DNA of 64,000 nucleotides from Trypethelium eluteriae (Eukaryota): NCBI GenBank assembly GCA_051942245.1, contig JAVECL010000061.1, positions 1 to 64,000 of the forward strand, read 5' to 3'. Shown piece by piece: positions 38,493 to 50,208 of this stretch (position 1 is its first letter; each line of letters starts with the position of its first letter). The notes under the pieces were generated by a model. It saw only the letters and a program-made list of their open reading frames with translations, ran no database searches and was not told where the DNA came from. The position numbers and the translations under genes were made by a program.

Positions 38493-39214
38493 CGAGAGAA
38501 GCAAGGTATATCAATGCGATCGCGCAGGCAGGAGGATTGGGCAATGAATTACCTATAGAATAAGTCAGAGATCATCCTCATCAACTGTGTATATCCACGT
38601 CTTTACAATAACCCTTCTACACACTATATCACCCTACTACCCGCTCCTCTCAACCCATGCATCCTGTCCGACAAGCGTCGGAATGAATCCCAAGACAAAT
38701 CATGGGATATATCCACACAAGTCTCTGACCAAAGAGTGACGGTTTTTGATACGCAGACCAACAACAAATAGCAAGAGCAACCTAAGCATTTATAAAAAGG
38801 AGGAAATGTACGAAAAGTAAGTTAAACATACGTACCTTATAATAGCTACTGTAACAGCGTGCACAAAATTCGCAACGCCAATGGCCAGATGAGCCACTAA
38901 ATTGGATGAGACGAGATGTCTTACGGTGTGGAGGTCCGTGTCAAAAAAGGTCACTTCAGCAGGCGTGGCAGGCGAGGTGTCCCCGAAAGTCAGTACCTTA
39001 GTGAATTGGCTACCAATTCCAGTCTGATTGGCCGCTGCTTTATATACCTTTGTAGACCGAGTTCAGTCTGGGAGTGATCGGGGCCTCATTCTACGGAGTA
39101 CTATTTACATGATTGCGCCATAAACATGCTAAATTAGCTATAGAAATTAGAGCAGATAAAATGGAGTCGACTCGACATGGTTATTAGGTTCTATCTGTTA
39201 TCTATAAAAATAAT

Positions 39215-39812
39215 CTATTCTAATCTCTACTTTAATCTCTGCGCAGGCCTCACACCTCTGCGTAAGTCCCTCCTCTCTGCGCAGGTCTCTCACCTCTGCA
39301 CAGGTCTCACCTCTTAGCGTAAGTCTCAACTCTCTGCATAAGTCTCACACCTTTATACAGGCATCTCACCTTTACACAGGTCTCGCACCTGTGTATAATT
39401 AAGTTCTGTACCTGTGTAAGTCTCTTATCTTAAGTATAAAAAACTTACACAGAGGTGTGAGAGCTCCGCAGAGATGAGAGGCCTGTACAGAGGTGTAAGA
39501 CCTGCGCAGAGCGGCAGAGGTGAGAGACCTGCGCAGAGGTGAGACCTGCGCAGAGAGGTGAGACCTGTATAGAGAGGTGAGACCTGCGTAAAGAGGTGGG
39601 ATCTGCGTAGAGAGGTGAGATTTACGTAAAAAGGTGAGACCTGCGCAAAGAGGCGAGACCTGTGTAAAGAGGCGAGATCTGCGCAGAGATGAGAGGCCTG
39701 CATAGAGGTGAGAGACCTGCACAGGGGTGAGAGACCTGCGCTGAGAGGAGAGACTTACGCAGAGGTGGGAGGCCTGCGCAGAGAGGCGAGACCTATCTAG
39801 AGATTAGAGCAG
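39215..39812. mobile_element. Non-autonomous foldback/MITE-like element built from ~19-bp subrepeats in inverted arms
   Basis: Left arm TCTCTGCGCAGGCCTCACACCTCTGCGTAAGTC... (from 39236) is the near-perfect reverse complement of the right arm ending at 39784. Outer CTATTCTAATCTCTA / TAGAGATTAGAGCAG also pair. Unit is approximately AGAGGTGAGACCTGCGCAG. Confidence 0.8.
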
Positions 39813-41385
39813 CCTCATGTTTCCTAAGTTAGGCAATAAGAGTGGTTGAAATATGTGAAATAAGGCAATTGTATTTTCTCTAGCAAATTTGGTGAGGTGC
39901 ATGGATTCTGACGTTGCAGGTGGGTTTGGCGGAAGTGGCCGTTAGGTAATGGCGCAACGTCGCGGGAGGAGAACGTCTACTCAAAATATGGAGTATAGGC
40001 GGGACTTTCATCCTCTCGGCATGAAGTACACGTGCAGCCCGCCACCAGCCCCACCCTCATGCAATGACTGCCTGAAATCAACGTGGATCAGGTACATATG
40101 CGCAAATCGAAAGCTGAGATGCTAGCACTGCGGTTCCACGGCACGTTTGAGTCATTTCACCGATTATTTCTCGTCTAGATTCAATGCACTGTGTCTAATA
40201 TTGGTAACTAGCGGGCTGCAGCACAAAGCTTTTTCACGACTGTGCCAATCATTACTCCGAAAGATGTACGCACGGCATGGCAATATTAATGCTCAGCACA
40301 TTCCTCTTTCGATTGCTTATGTGAGAGACTAAGGCGGCTCGCTAGAAATCTCGATCAGATGTCTGCAATCGAGCTCGTATCGATGCCATTATTCCGACTG
40401 TATGTGGTCGATATCGTCTTACTGTGGATCTCTGCGCTGTACTCTAAGGCCATTTAGCTTCTTACCGGAGGATACAGACCATATATGCACTACTGCTGTG
40501 GCACTTCTTGTTCATGCACATCGGGTAAAACACCTCTAACCTGGCTGATGGCTCTTTGTTCCTCTTTTTTCCAGATATCAGCAGCCCGATCTATGCCTAG
40601 TCGTAGCGATACGTGACAAGGCTGAAACAAAGATCCTTACCCCCATTATACCAAAAACTACGGCAAGGTCAAAGAATCATCTCATAATGCTTTTGAGCGA
40701 TCAAAATTTGCTATGAGTAAATCAGCTCAACCATATCGAGAAATAGATGCGAGCCATGGAACAATTTGCGGTATGGGTTTCCCGTGAACGAGAAATTAGT
40801 CCTACAACGCACCCACTCTAGTGAACGGGTCGAGCAAAGTCAACGCTAACGATTTTGGAGTGCTTGTTAAAGTCATGTTCGACCAAGTTGCAAGCAATGC
40901 GAGTCACTGTGCCTCTTGGGTCTGGCTCTACCAAGGGAGGTAAAAGACAATCAATCACACTCCTGCCACTGACGCGATTAATACTTGTGAGCATTGCCGC
41001 TATCGCATACCGATCTTCAAGTATTGCGGAACTTGATGTATCTAGCGGGATGTCAAAGCATGGACGACGGTTCTGGATTACGGTATGATCATGCGCTTGA
41101 CTACCTATGTGTTGGACGGCCGAGGAAGCGACGTATCAGCCAATCATGCCTATTTGGTACGAGACATCAGCTCCGCTATCTGGGTTCGCTTGTCACAATC
41201 CTTTTTTATGTTGCTTGCCGGATGTAACGCCAAAATTGTTGGGACGGGCTGCATTCGATAACAATTTAGCGAAGGAAATGATCGCAGTGGATATCTGCAT
41301 ATGCACTGACATTGCGTGTGCCTTTTGTCATCTCGATTGGGACCCTAGGCCGGGCGAGGGGGAATATGAGATCGAGAGGAATGGG

Positions 41386-41395
41386 TATATATATA
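41386..41395 (+). promoter_or_regulatory. Putative TATA box of the knottin gene
   Basis: TATATATATA about 95 bp upstream of the ATG at 41488. Confidence 0.45.
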
Positions 41396-41487
41396 GAGCA
41401 TTGTTGACCGTTCTCTTCCTAAAAATCAGCAAATTCGGAAAGAAATCAATTTCAGAACTGCGATACTAGATCAACTTTACCATCATT

Positions 41488-41751
41488 ATGAAGTTCTTCA
41501 CCGCTATGTTCAGCGTTGCACTTGCCAGCCTGGCTATGGTCAACGCTATTCCAAGCCCAGAGCCCGAGGGAGAAGCACCGGTAAGTCACCTTTCATCTGG
41601 ATGAGAACACCTGTGTCCCACCCAAATAACTTATCTACATCAGACATGTGCAGTCCTCCATGCTGCATGCGATCCTCCTACGCTCAGGTGCTGTCAAGGC
41701 GACGGTACCTGCCAGAAGACTCCGAATGGACCAAGGTGCAAAAAGGACTAA
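41488..41751 (+). CDS. Small secreted cysteine-rich peptide, inhibitor-cystine-knot spacing (66 aa), 2 exons
   Basis: Exon 1 (41488-41580) MKFFTAMFSVALASLAMVNAIPSPEPEGEAP; intron 41581-41643 GTAAGT...CAG; exon 2 TCAVLHAACDPPTLRCCQGDGTCQKTPNGPRCKKD*. Confidence 0.85.
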
Positions 41752-42380
41752 ATGAGCTCTTCGGGCTCATCATCAATCTTCCGAGCAGAGCCTACTGTAC
41801 TTGATTCTGGCAGCTTTTTTAGTCTGGTCAGGATGAGGGGGAAGGTCTATGGATGTTACGAGAATGGTATGGCTAGGTGGAAGGTCTGAAGATGTGTTTT
41901 GTCTTTTAATTTTGATTTGCCTAACTCAGTCACTCTTTGTAAAGCACTATCGAAAAACCAACCAAGTATGTAACGCATGCTATCTTACTCGTCTCTATTC
42001 CACCCAATGTGATCGATAAATGACGATCTCTGTTGCACAGATATCTGTACTGTGGTGACCTCGCTTATCGCGCTAGTATCGAGCTGCAAGATTTACAGTG
42101 CCAGCTCAAGGCATTCCTGGACATCTTCTATCTTTTCTACGTAAATTGTTCCTTGTTTGAAATGGCTGCTATATCTGTTGTGCTTCGGATAGAACTTTCT
42201 GTTGTACTCTATTAGATATGCTATATCTCTATAGCCCTTGTAGTTTCTTTAATTAAGTCACAAAGATAGAATAAAAAAAGAACATGAGATTAAGAAAGAT
42301 CAAATAAGATGAAAAATATCTACCCTTAGAGTAAAGGGTAAATCCGATAGCCGATTTACCGAAACACAAATTCTCTTACG

Positions 42381-42676
42381 TTATGAATCTATGCACAGCT
42401 GTACCGTATATCTTATGGGCTCCGCTGTCCGCAAGTCCGTACCTAGGCTATTAGCTCAAGATACTCATTCATAGCCACACTCATCGCTTTCATCTCATTG
42501 CTGAGTCCCTAACATTTGTGGACAAATTATGAATGTAGGAACTGCTCCCTCCCTAGAAAGGCTAGAATAAGGGAAAGAAAAAGAAAGAAAAGAAAAAGAA
42601 AAAGAAAAAAGAAGGAAGCATTCAGGAGATGTTTATAGTTGGCTCGTGACAGAATCGAACCATTGTCGCTCGCATA
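42381..42676 (+). repeat. Diverged dispersed repeat, copy A (empty site)
   Basis: Collinear blocks shared with 49031-49550: ATATCTTAT, CCGCTGTCCGCA, TTAGCTCAAG, AAATTRTGAAT, GAAGCATTYAGGAG, GTGACAGAATCG, CTCGCAT. Contains a (GAAAA)n tract at about 42571-42612. Confidence 0.8.
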
Positions 42677-43104
42677 TGCTGGCACATCAGGCAGCAATAC
42701 AGTTGGCACTGCCTTTTGCAATAATAAAATGTGTCTGAGATGATCCGTAGGATTTCTCGTTATAATAGCTTGAGAGGCAATGGATTCGCGAATCGCCTAC
42801 TCGACAGGAACCTGAATACAGTGAGCAACTAAGTCAAAGCTCGCTAGACTTTGCTTACAGGGGCTATATCGATACGATTTATGTTTCAGAAGCCGTGATA
42901 GATACAGCATCATAGTCTGATGTTGTAAATTGGGTGGTGAAAGCTTGTAGATTAAGCTATGGAGGCGAGGACATCTATATACATGAACAGCTTCACGAAC
43001 CTCACTCGTAATCACGTGAATAGGATTGCTAATAGAAAAGTAAAATTGCCTTCTCACACATCACATGCAACATCATAGTCCAAATCCAGCATGTTCAGCG
43101 TGGT

Positions 43105-46100
43105 CTACCAAATGTCAAGAATTCCGTCTTCCGCTCTCCAAAATTCCGCCCACGCAGCCTTCCACCTGTCTTGAACTCGTTTCAGCCACTGGGCGAACTC
43201 GATTTTGTCTTCTCCAATGTAAATGACCCCGTCTTTTACACCTTTCCAGCCTTCTGGCGCGTGTCTCACGTAATGATGTTCCTGACCGCAGAACATGCGC
43301 CAGACTTCCAGTTTCTCTCCCTTATTCAAAGCGACGCGTTCATTGTAACAATTGGTGCAGAGATCAGTGTCAGTGCAAATGATGCACGTGTAGATGTCTC
43401 TGTTTGCCGAATGCGTAAAGATTGCCGAGCACCCATTACAGTAAATGCGTGCCTCTGTAATGTCCTGTTAGCCATTTTCTGGTGCCAGAGTTGGAACTGT
43501 AGTGGGCTTACCCTGATTAAGGTCTTCCGTAACACCAGGAATCAGACCGTCTGGCATGCCTGCTGCTCCTTCACTGTCTTTGATCGCGGCTACATCCCCA
43601 TTGGATGCCTGTTTAGCTGCGGCTTCTGTCGCTGTTGCTGATACGGATTCATGGTCCTTCAATTTTGCGTCTTTGCTATCCTTCGCGATATTTCCATTCA
43701 CTCAGCTGGACGCGTCTTCGGGATCATGTTCACTATTCTCCATGGTCTTCGTCAAGGATTCTTGGTCTTGCAGACCCGAGCTCGTGTAGATGGCTCCTGC
43801 TTCAGTACTGTTTTTCATTCTCTCCGCATCTTCGTCTACCTTCTGCCCGTTTGCTGCGTCCTCGGTTTCATCTTTGGCCTTTTTGAAGTCTGGATTCAAC
43901 CAGTAGAATTGGGCTGCCAGCGCAATCTGTGCATCTCTCTGCAGCCCGGGTAAACAAGCTAGAACTTTGCCAAAGAAGCGGATGGCGTTGCTGTCGTTCG
44001 AAGCCACATCATCGGAGAGTGCCTCAATACACGCATTAAACGAACTGCAGAGCGTCGACTCAAATTCTGAGAGAGGACCAAGCTTGCGAACCATCAGCGC
44101 GTACACCGTAGCTGTGTTGGACATTTCACGGCAGTAGTCAGTCCCAAGACCAGTGGCTGAAGTTGCCAGCGTCTTCATCTCAGCAAGAAGATTTGCCTTT
44201 TGCGAACTCTCTGACGAGGCTCGGAATTGCTCCATCAAAACTTCGGCCAGCGCCATACGAGACTCCAAAACCATCCATTCTGGGACCTGTAGACCTTTTA
44301 GGTCATCGTAAACCAGTGGACCAAGCCACTTCTTGCTCTTTTCCAGATCACCAACCACGCGCTTGTAGTAGAGTGCTAGGCTATATCGCAGGCGGATCGC
44401 CCCATTATTAGGCACACTCCGCTGCTTCAGTACCAGCTTAAACGTGTCAACCATAAACTGATGTTTGTCGCTCTTGGCAGCTGCCTCTTGAAATATGTCC
44501 TCATTGTAATATGCCAGCCAGAAAATCTTTTCTATCTCTGGCAGTGAATCGACAAATCCAATCAGCCTGGGGAATTGCTTCAAATTCCAAAGCTTTTGAG
44601 TGATGTTATCGGATAAGTCAATATCAACAAAACCATTCTTATCCGTCGAGAGGGCACGGGCTCTCTGCATGAAGTCAATGGCAGATTCGACGTCATCTTC
44701 AAGGAGAGCGCATGCTGCTTGATCGCTCAAATTTCCTTGCTCATGCTCGATTAAATCTGGTCCCGGGTTTTGTGTCTCGAGCCGTTCCCATAATGCAGCG
44801 ATTTCTGTACTTGTCTCTTTCGCTTCGTGTATGTATTGGCCCTTCTCCCCTCCATCAACTTGTCCGGCGAGTCGGACGACTGCCTCGAGAATACTCCCAA
44901 GAGCATGGTACTTCTCCAAGTCGGATTCTGAAGTTTTGAGAGCTTTCCTGCACTGTGCCAATCCTTCCTCGTAGTAAGCAAGATATTTTAGCACAAGCCC
45001 AATACCTCGATATGCTCGGCTAGTCTTGGAGAACTCGGGAAACGCATCAGAGAGGTACAGAACTTGCTCGGCCGTGGCGCGCTCATCAATTGCAAGTTTC
45101 TCATCTGCTTTGTTGGTCTTGAAAAAGTTAGCACAGGAACCCTCTAGGAGCTGTTCCGATGTGTCCAAACTCACCATTCGTAATGCACATATTGCAAATG
45201 AGAATGACTGGGTCGCGTCCTCTTGATAATCCACACAGTAGAACCAGTTGTAGACATGCTGCCGGGCAAATTTCGTCATGAGATTCGTTACATCCCCCGA
45301 GATCTCATGCACCAAGCTGAGATTCTCTGCACTAAAGAGAAAGGGAGGAAGACTTAGAACCCTACCGGTCCAATGTTTTACAGCCACAACCATCTCCTCG
45401 GGTAGATCGGTCGCACCCCCAAAAATGCCTAAATCCGAAGCATTCTCTTCTACTTTCTCTAGTGCTGAGCCCTGGTTGGAAACGATTGCAGAAAAACTCT
45501 CAATACCCTGCCTCACCTCCTCATCGCTCAGCTGCTCCACATGGATATTTAGAAAGTGTTGGATCCAATAGTTGGCACCATAGACGATCGGCAGGTCCAT
45601 AGTCAAGTCTTTGGGGGCTTCCTGGGTAAGGATCACCGCGATCGTTCTAAAGATTATGAGATGCGCCGAGGAGGGCGAGCTTCTTAATCCATCCTCGTCT
45701 ACATTGAGTTCTCGGAAGTATTGGCGCAGTGCTCGTTCTTGAAATCGCAACGGAAACCAGGTGCTTGGATCTCGGGCGGGCTGATTCGTGGAGTCATCGT
45801 CCAAACTTTCCAGTAGCTCACTGTCATTCTCGTCTGACGACTGTTCCGCTTCATCAGTGTCTTGGGCGAACCGAAGGAGCCTACGCATTCTCTTAGTGTG
45901 GCACGCGCGCAAGCAGGTTGGATAGTAAATACCTTGCCAATCGCCCATCAACCTCTTCTTCGACACTCAAGTTGGAGTTTTGATCAACAAGTCGTACCAA
46001 AGTTGACGCTTCGCCCAGAGTCAACGGGCGCTCAGAATAGGCTAACCATGCAAAAAGTCGCTTGAGCGAAGCAAATTCTTCCTTTGTGCGACCTTTCCGA

Positions 46101-48446
46101 CACTCGTCTAGGAGCACGTCATACAGGCACGTCAAGCTATCCGGAAGCTCGCGAAGCTCTTTCGTGATCAAATTTTCTCGCCGAAGAGAGTTGAGTCGTT
46201 GCAGGGCATGCTCCACGTAAAGTATACCTGCATGACCGTCAGCACTCTCGAAAGGCTGGTTGAAGGGCATGACTCACTGTCGGCTTTTTGCGCAAGCTTC
46301 GTCGCTATACGTTTTCGAGCTGACATGTCAAGTCGTCTAAGGTTAGAGAGGGAACTGATCCTGGCTCGTATTATTTGCTTGACATCCTTCTTGAGTAAAT
46401 CCATTGTCAAGGCAAGCGACGGAGCCGCCAAATCTTCTATTTCCACACGACTGGTGATCAGGGCACTGATTTGCAGGCTGTCTTTCTTTATCTGAGCGAG
46501 GAGACTGAGTAATTTTGTTCGGTCCTCGGTATTTATTTCATCGATGCCATCTATGACCGGGACCAATTTAGATTCGGAGTCGGCCGGATATTTGGCGACT
46601 ATGAGTTCATCCCAAATCAAGGTTCCGTCATCGCCCTCGATTTTATCACCGATCTTTTTGAGGTCAGGAATGATTTCTTCGCGATATTTCGAGTCGGCCT
46701 CGGCAATTTGAGTGACAAGTGACTTTATGAAATTTTTAATCGAACGCAGCTGCTCGTGCTCCTCTTCGAAGAAAAAGTAGGCCACAGTCGTTCTATCTGC
46801 TGCACCTTGGGCCTGAGACTGCAGATCAGCGATCGCATACGATGCCAGGTGGGTCTTCCCCAACCCGCGCTCGCCTGTGACCAATAGCAGGGATTCTGTA
46901 CCATTAGCAAAGTCTCGATACGGTCTTGCACTGGGCAGCCAAGCGAGCTTCCCTTTCACAAAGGACTGTCCAATATTGGCAATTATCTGAGCAGGTTGTG
47001 CGGTAGTTTGCAGATCACTCCGAATTCGATTCAAAGCCAGTGAGCGCCTTGCTCCGGCATCTTTGCTCCTTCCCGCTTTGTCCGCTTTCCCATGATCCTG
47101 GCCGTCTTTCTGCGGTTTCTTTTCTCTTTCCCGACAAATCTTGAGGATCACTTTCTCCATTCGCTGAGATGTCTCAAAGTGTTCCCGTTCAAGCATCGCT
47201 TGCTCTTTCACAATCACATTCGTCTCTTCTGATGTAGCTAGGTTTTTCTGCGTCACGACCAGATTCTCGGATGCGATACCTGCAAGTTGCACCGTTTCCC
47301 TGTAGTTCTCGATCGTCTGCCCTAGCGTAGCAAACATAGTGGCAGATTCTAGTCGCTGAATGTTACCATTTAAGTCCTCCATAGAACCCTTGAGGTTGTC
47401 ATCGGAACCTTTGAAGAGAGCTTTCCCCCATTTCACTGAGAGCATGTCACTGTTAGCATCTACGGCCAGTCAGCTCGTTGAGATTACTGACAGAATCTTC
47501 CATCTTTCTGATATTGAGATGCAATCGCGCAAAGACCGAGCATAGAGCCAAAGACACGCGCCAGCATTGTCTGATATGTGCTAACTGAAGGAAGCTTATT
47601 CTCCGAAAGGGATATACGCTCGAGAAACGCGTGCATGATGCTGAAGAAGGTCTCAATCATATCGTAGTCTGAAGACGTGTCTTTCGCCGCCTGTCGATGT
47701 TGAGAGCGTCAACTCCAATCGCTACTCCCAAAGTCGGACACGAACCTTCATGATCCCTATGTAAGTCTTGTTAGACTTTTCGCCATCATCACGAATCTTA
47801 CAGCAGATAGGCGCGTCCAATGGCTGGTACAGAACATCAATGGAGCACCTCGACTCTAAAATAATGAAAAACGGGAGTATCCTGGATTTTCGCTGACTTA
47901 TCTTCTTCAAGCCTTTGGAACACGATCTAGGAATCTAAGGCCGGAAATTGTGTAGACTTCGTTCACCCCCAATTGATATCGGCATCAGTCAACGGACGCG
48001 CCTACCTGCTGGAAAATGAAACTCACACGTAAAAGCAGTCACTATTGTGGCTGTTGGAGGAAATGCCTCTTAGAAGTAAGCTTCCGTGTATGCGGGCAGT
48101 CGGGATCGTGGATAGCATACTGCACTTGCTGCTGTCCCAATCTGCTTAGCAGCAGACAAAACCTAACATCTTATCAACTCGAATACGCTTGGTGGAGCGT
48201 GCATGAACTTACAATGTCTGAGTTCTGGTTGACAAAATGCCGAATCTTGTCGCCTCGTTTTCCGCTGTAACGGAATGACTCAAACCGATCGACTTGCTTC
48301 TTTTGGTCAACCATAATAGCGTCCAGACTTCTCAAATTTCGAAACTCCGCACGGTCAGTCTTTGTCACGTTGCAATACTGATCAATGGCTTCCTCCCACA
48401 CTCTCCCCACATCGGAGGTGTCCGCCTGCCGTTCTGTGAACGACAT
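43105..48446 (-). CDS. Fungal NLR-like STAND protein: Goodbye-like N-term, NACHT, TPR-like repeats and C-terminal ZZ-like Zn finger; one in-frame TGA at 43702-43704
   Basis: N-term VWEEAIDQY...FESFR; AFPP..TAFT; Walker A GERGLGKT; Walker B VIDGIDE; LFAWLAYSERPLTL; C-term YCNGC...YTCIICTDTDLCTNC...FCGQEHHY. Multiple GT-AG introns, e.g. 43455-43511. Confidence 0.85.
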
Positions 48447-49030
48447 CGTTGTGGAGATTGCGCGTGTAACCCGGCAATTTTTGTCTTGTGTATAAAGCTA
48501 CGCTGAGTGAAATGTCGAACAAAACCAGATGTACAAACGAAGGTCGATGTCGTGTTGAGACCGTGAACAGTCTACTTTGTTGCAGCCTACGGTAGCTCGA
48601 TCTCTGCCCAGCAGCTTGTCGATACCGCAGAAAAGGCGACGACGTTAGAAGCCTCAGCTTTTAAATAAAGTCAACGAGCAGGGGTTATCACCGGTGAAGC
48701 GTGCATGCCTGCGAGCTCAGATCCATTGAAGGACCCCGCCCCACGATGAAGCCTGCTTTAGCTAGGAGCAGCCGCAGACGTGGAGACTTCAGCTGACTGA
48801 CCAGGTCTTGGTTTAGCGCCCAGCAGCCCCCAAACCCCGAGAACTCGCATATCCTCCATCTTGTTTCCTACAGCAGGTACGATAGGCGCGGCCAATGGCT
48901 AGCGTGGAATAACTTACCGCTCTAGGGGTAATTTTTAACCGGTAATCAATACATTGTTACCTCACATTTACTGTTATGGCCATGTTGGACGATGTTAAAA
49001 AAGCCACTCCTCTGCGGTAAGGTAAGTACC

Positions 49031-49550
49031 TTGTGGATCTGCGTACAACTGCATATCTTATAAATCCCGCTGTCCGCATGTTCGTAATCAGACCTGTTAG
49101 CTCAAGGTAGTCGGTTGTATCTTCACTCGTTACTTTCATTTCATTACTTGATGATGTTAGACACCGTTCTAGGAGAAAAAGGACTCGATTGACCTCTCTG
49201 TATAGTCTGAGGTAGAGGCTCTATATAAACCTCATCGAGATGAGGACGAAGGTAAACACCTAATTAACTAGTAAAATGAGGATCTACATAGTAGGTTCGA
49301 GGATCTCGCGCATTGACCCTCGCGTAGAGCGTAGCGAGATTACGCGGTAGGCTAGGTTGATTGGATCAACTTCATGAAGAACATCATGAACATCATCATT
49401 ACTGGATCCCTGAAAATCGTAGAGAAATTGTGAATCTTTACAGAATTCTTCCTTCCTAGCAAAAGAAAAAGATAGAAAAAAGATAGAAGCATTTAGGAGG
49501 AAGTTGTTCATGGCTAGTTTGTGACAGAATCGGAATATTTTTCCTCGCAT
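49031..49550 (+). repeat. Diverged dispersed repeat, copy B (carries solo LTR)
   Basis: Direct-orientation homolog of 42381-42676 with a 250-bp insertion. Confidence 0.8.
49149..49398. mobile_element. Solo LTR (250 bp)
   Basis: 10-bp perfect terminal inverted repeat TGATGATGTT / AACATCATCA; 5-bp TSD TTACT (49144-49148, 49399-49403); internal TATATAAA; absent from repeat copy A. Confidence 0.9.
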
Positions 49551-49718
49551 GTGTATGTGTACCGTAAGTATACCTAGAGCTAGGCAAGGTATCATTCCTC
49601 TTCTGATTAGCGCCCACAAAGCGACCAACCTCGAGTCATGTAGAAGGAAATCCGTTCCCATGCATCAACAGATGGTAATTTTCTCAGATATCACAGAATC
49701 CATCACAAGACCATCAAG

Positions 49719-50208
49719 ATGGCTGCAACCCCTTCGCAGCAAGGATGCCATCCTCTGAAATACACAGTAACTCATTATCGCAAGCAGCAACACACCCATG
49801 AGGCATTCATTAAGTGGATCGTTGAGAAGCACCTCCCACTTGCTATGCCTGTCTTCAAGAAGCATGGCGTCCTTGGGTATTCGCTCGTGAGTGGCGCCTG
49901 CTAGACTCGTACTGCTCACGGTACTTAAATCTGTCATTCAGTTCGTCACGCCGCCTTCTCTTAATGATGCACTGAAGCAGGAGCTTTAGGAGATCCGACC
50001 CAGTTGGGATTTCGCCGACTTTGACTGTTTCATCGAGTACACAATCCCTGACGTACAAGTCATCAAGAATGTTACGTCGAATCCAGACTGGGCAACAGCA
50101 ACTAAGGACCAGGACGACTGGGTCGATATGACCAAGATCTTGAATTCCCTAGGATATTCTACACCACACCTCTTGGAGACTGGGGAGGTTGCAAACATGC
50201 CGGAATAA
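49719..50208 (+). pseudogene. EthD-domain protein with premature TAG
   Basis: YTVTHYRKQQHTHEAFIKWIVEKHLPLA..., intron 49887-49941, then FVTPPSLNDALKQEL*EIRPSWDFADFDCFIEY...DQDDWVD. TAG at 49987-49989. Confidence 0.8.

Noticed and set aside
39236..39790. CRISPR-like array, or the ORFs at 39399-39722 and 39425-39703
   Set aside because: Units are contiguous with no unique spacers, the context is eukaryotic, and the ORFs are translations of the repeat.
43468..43470. Apparent second premature stop (TAA) in the NLR gene
   Set aside because: It is part of the GCTAAC branch point of a canonical 57-nt intron (43455-43511).
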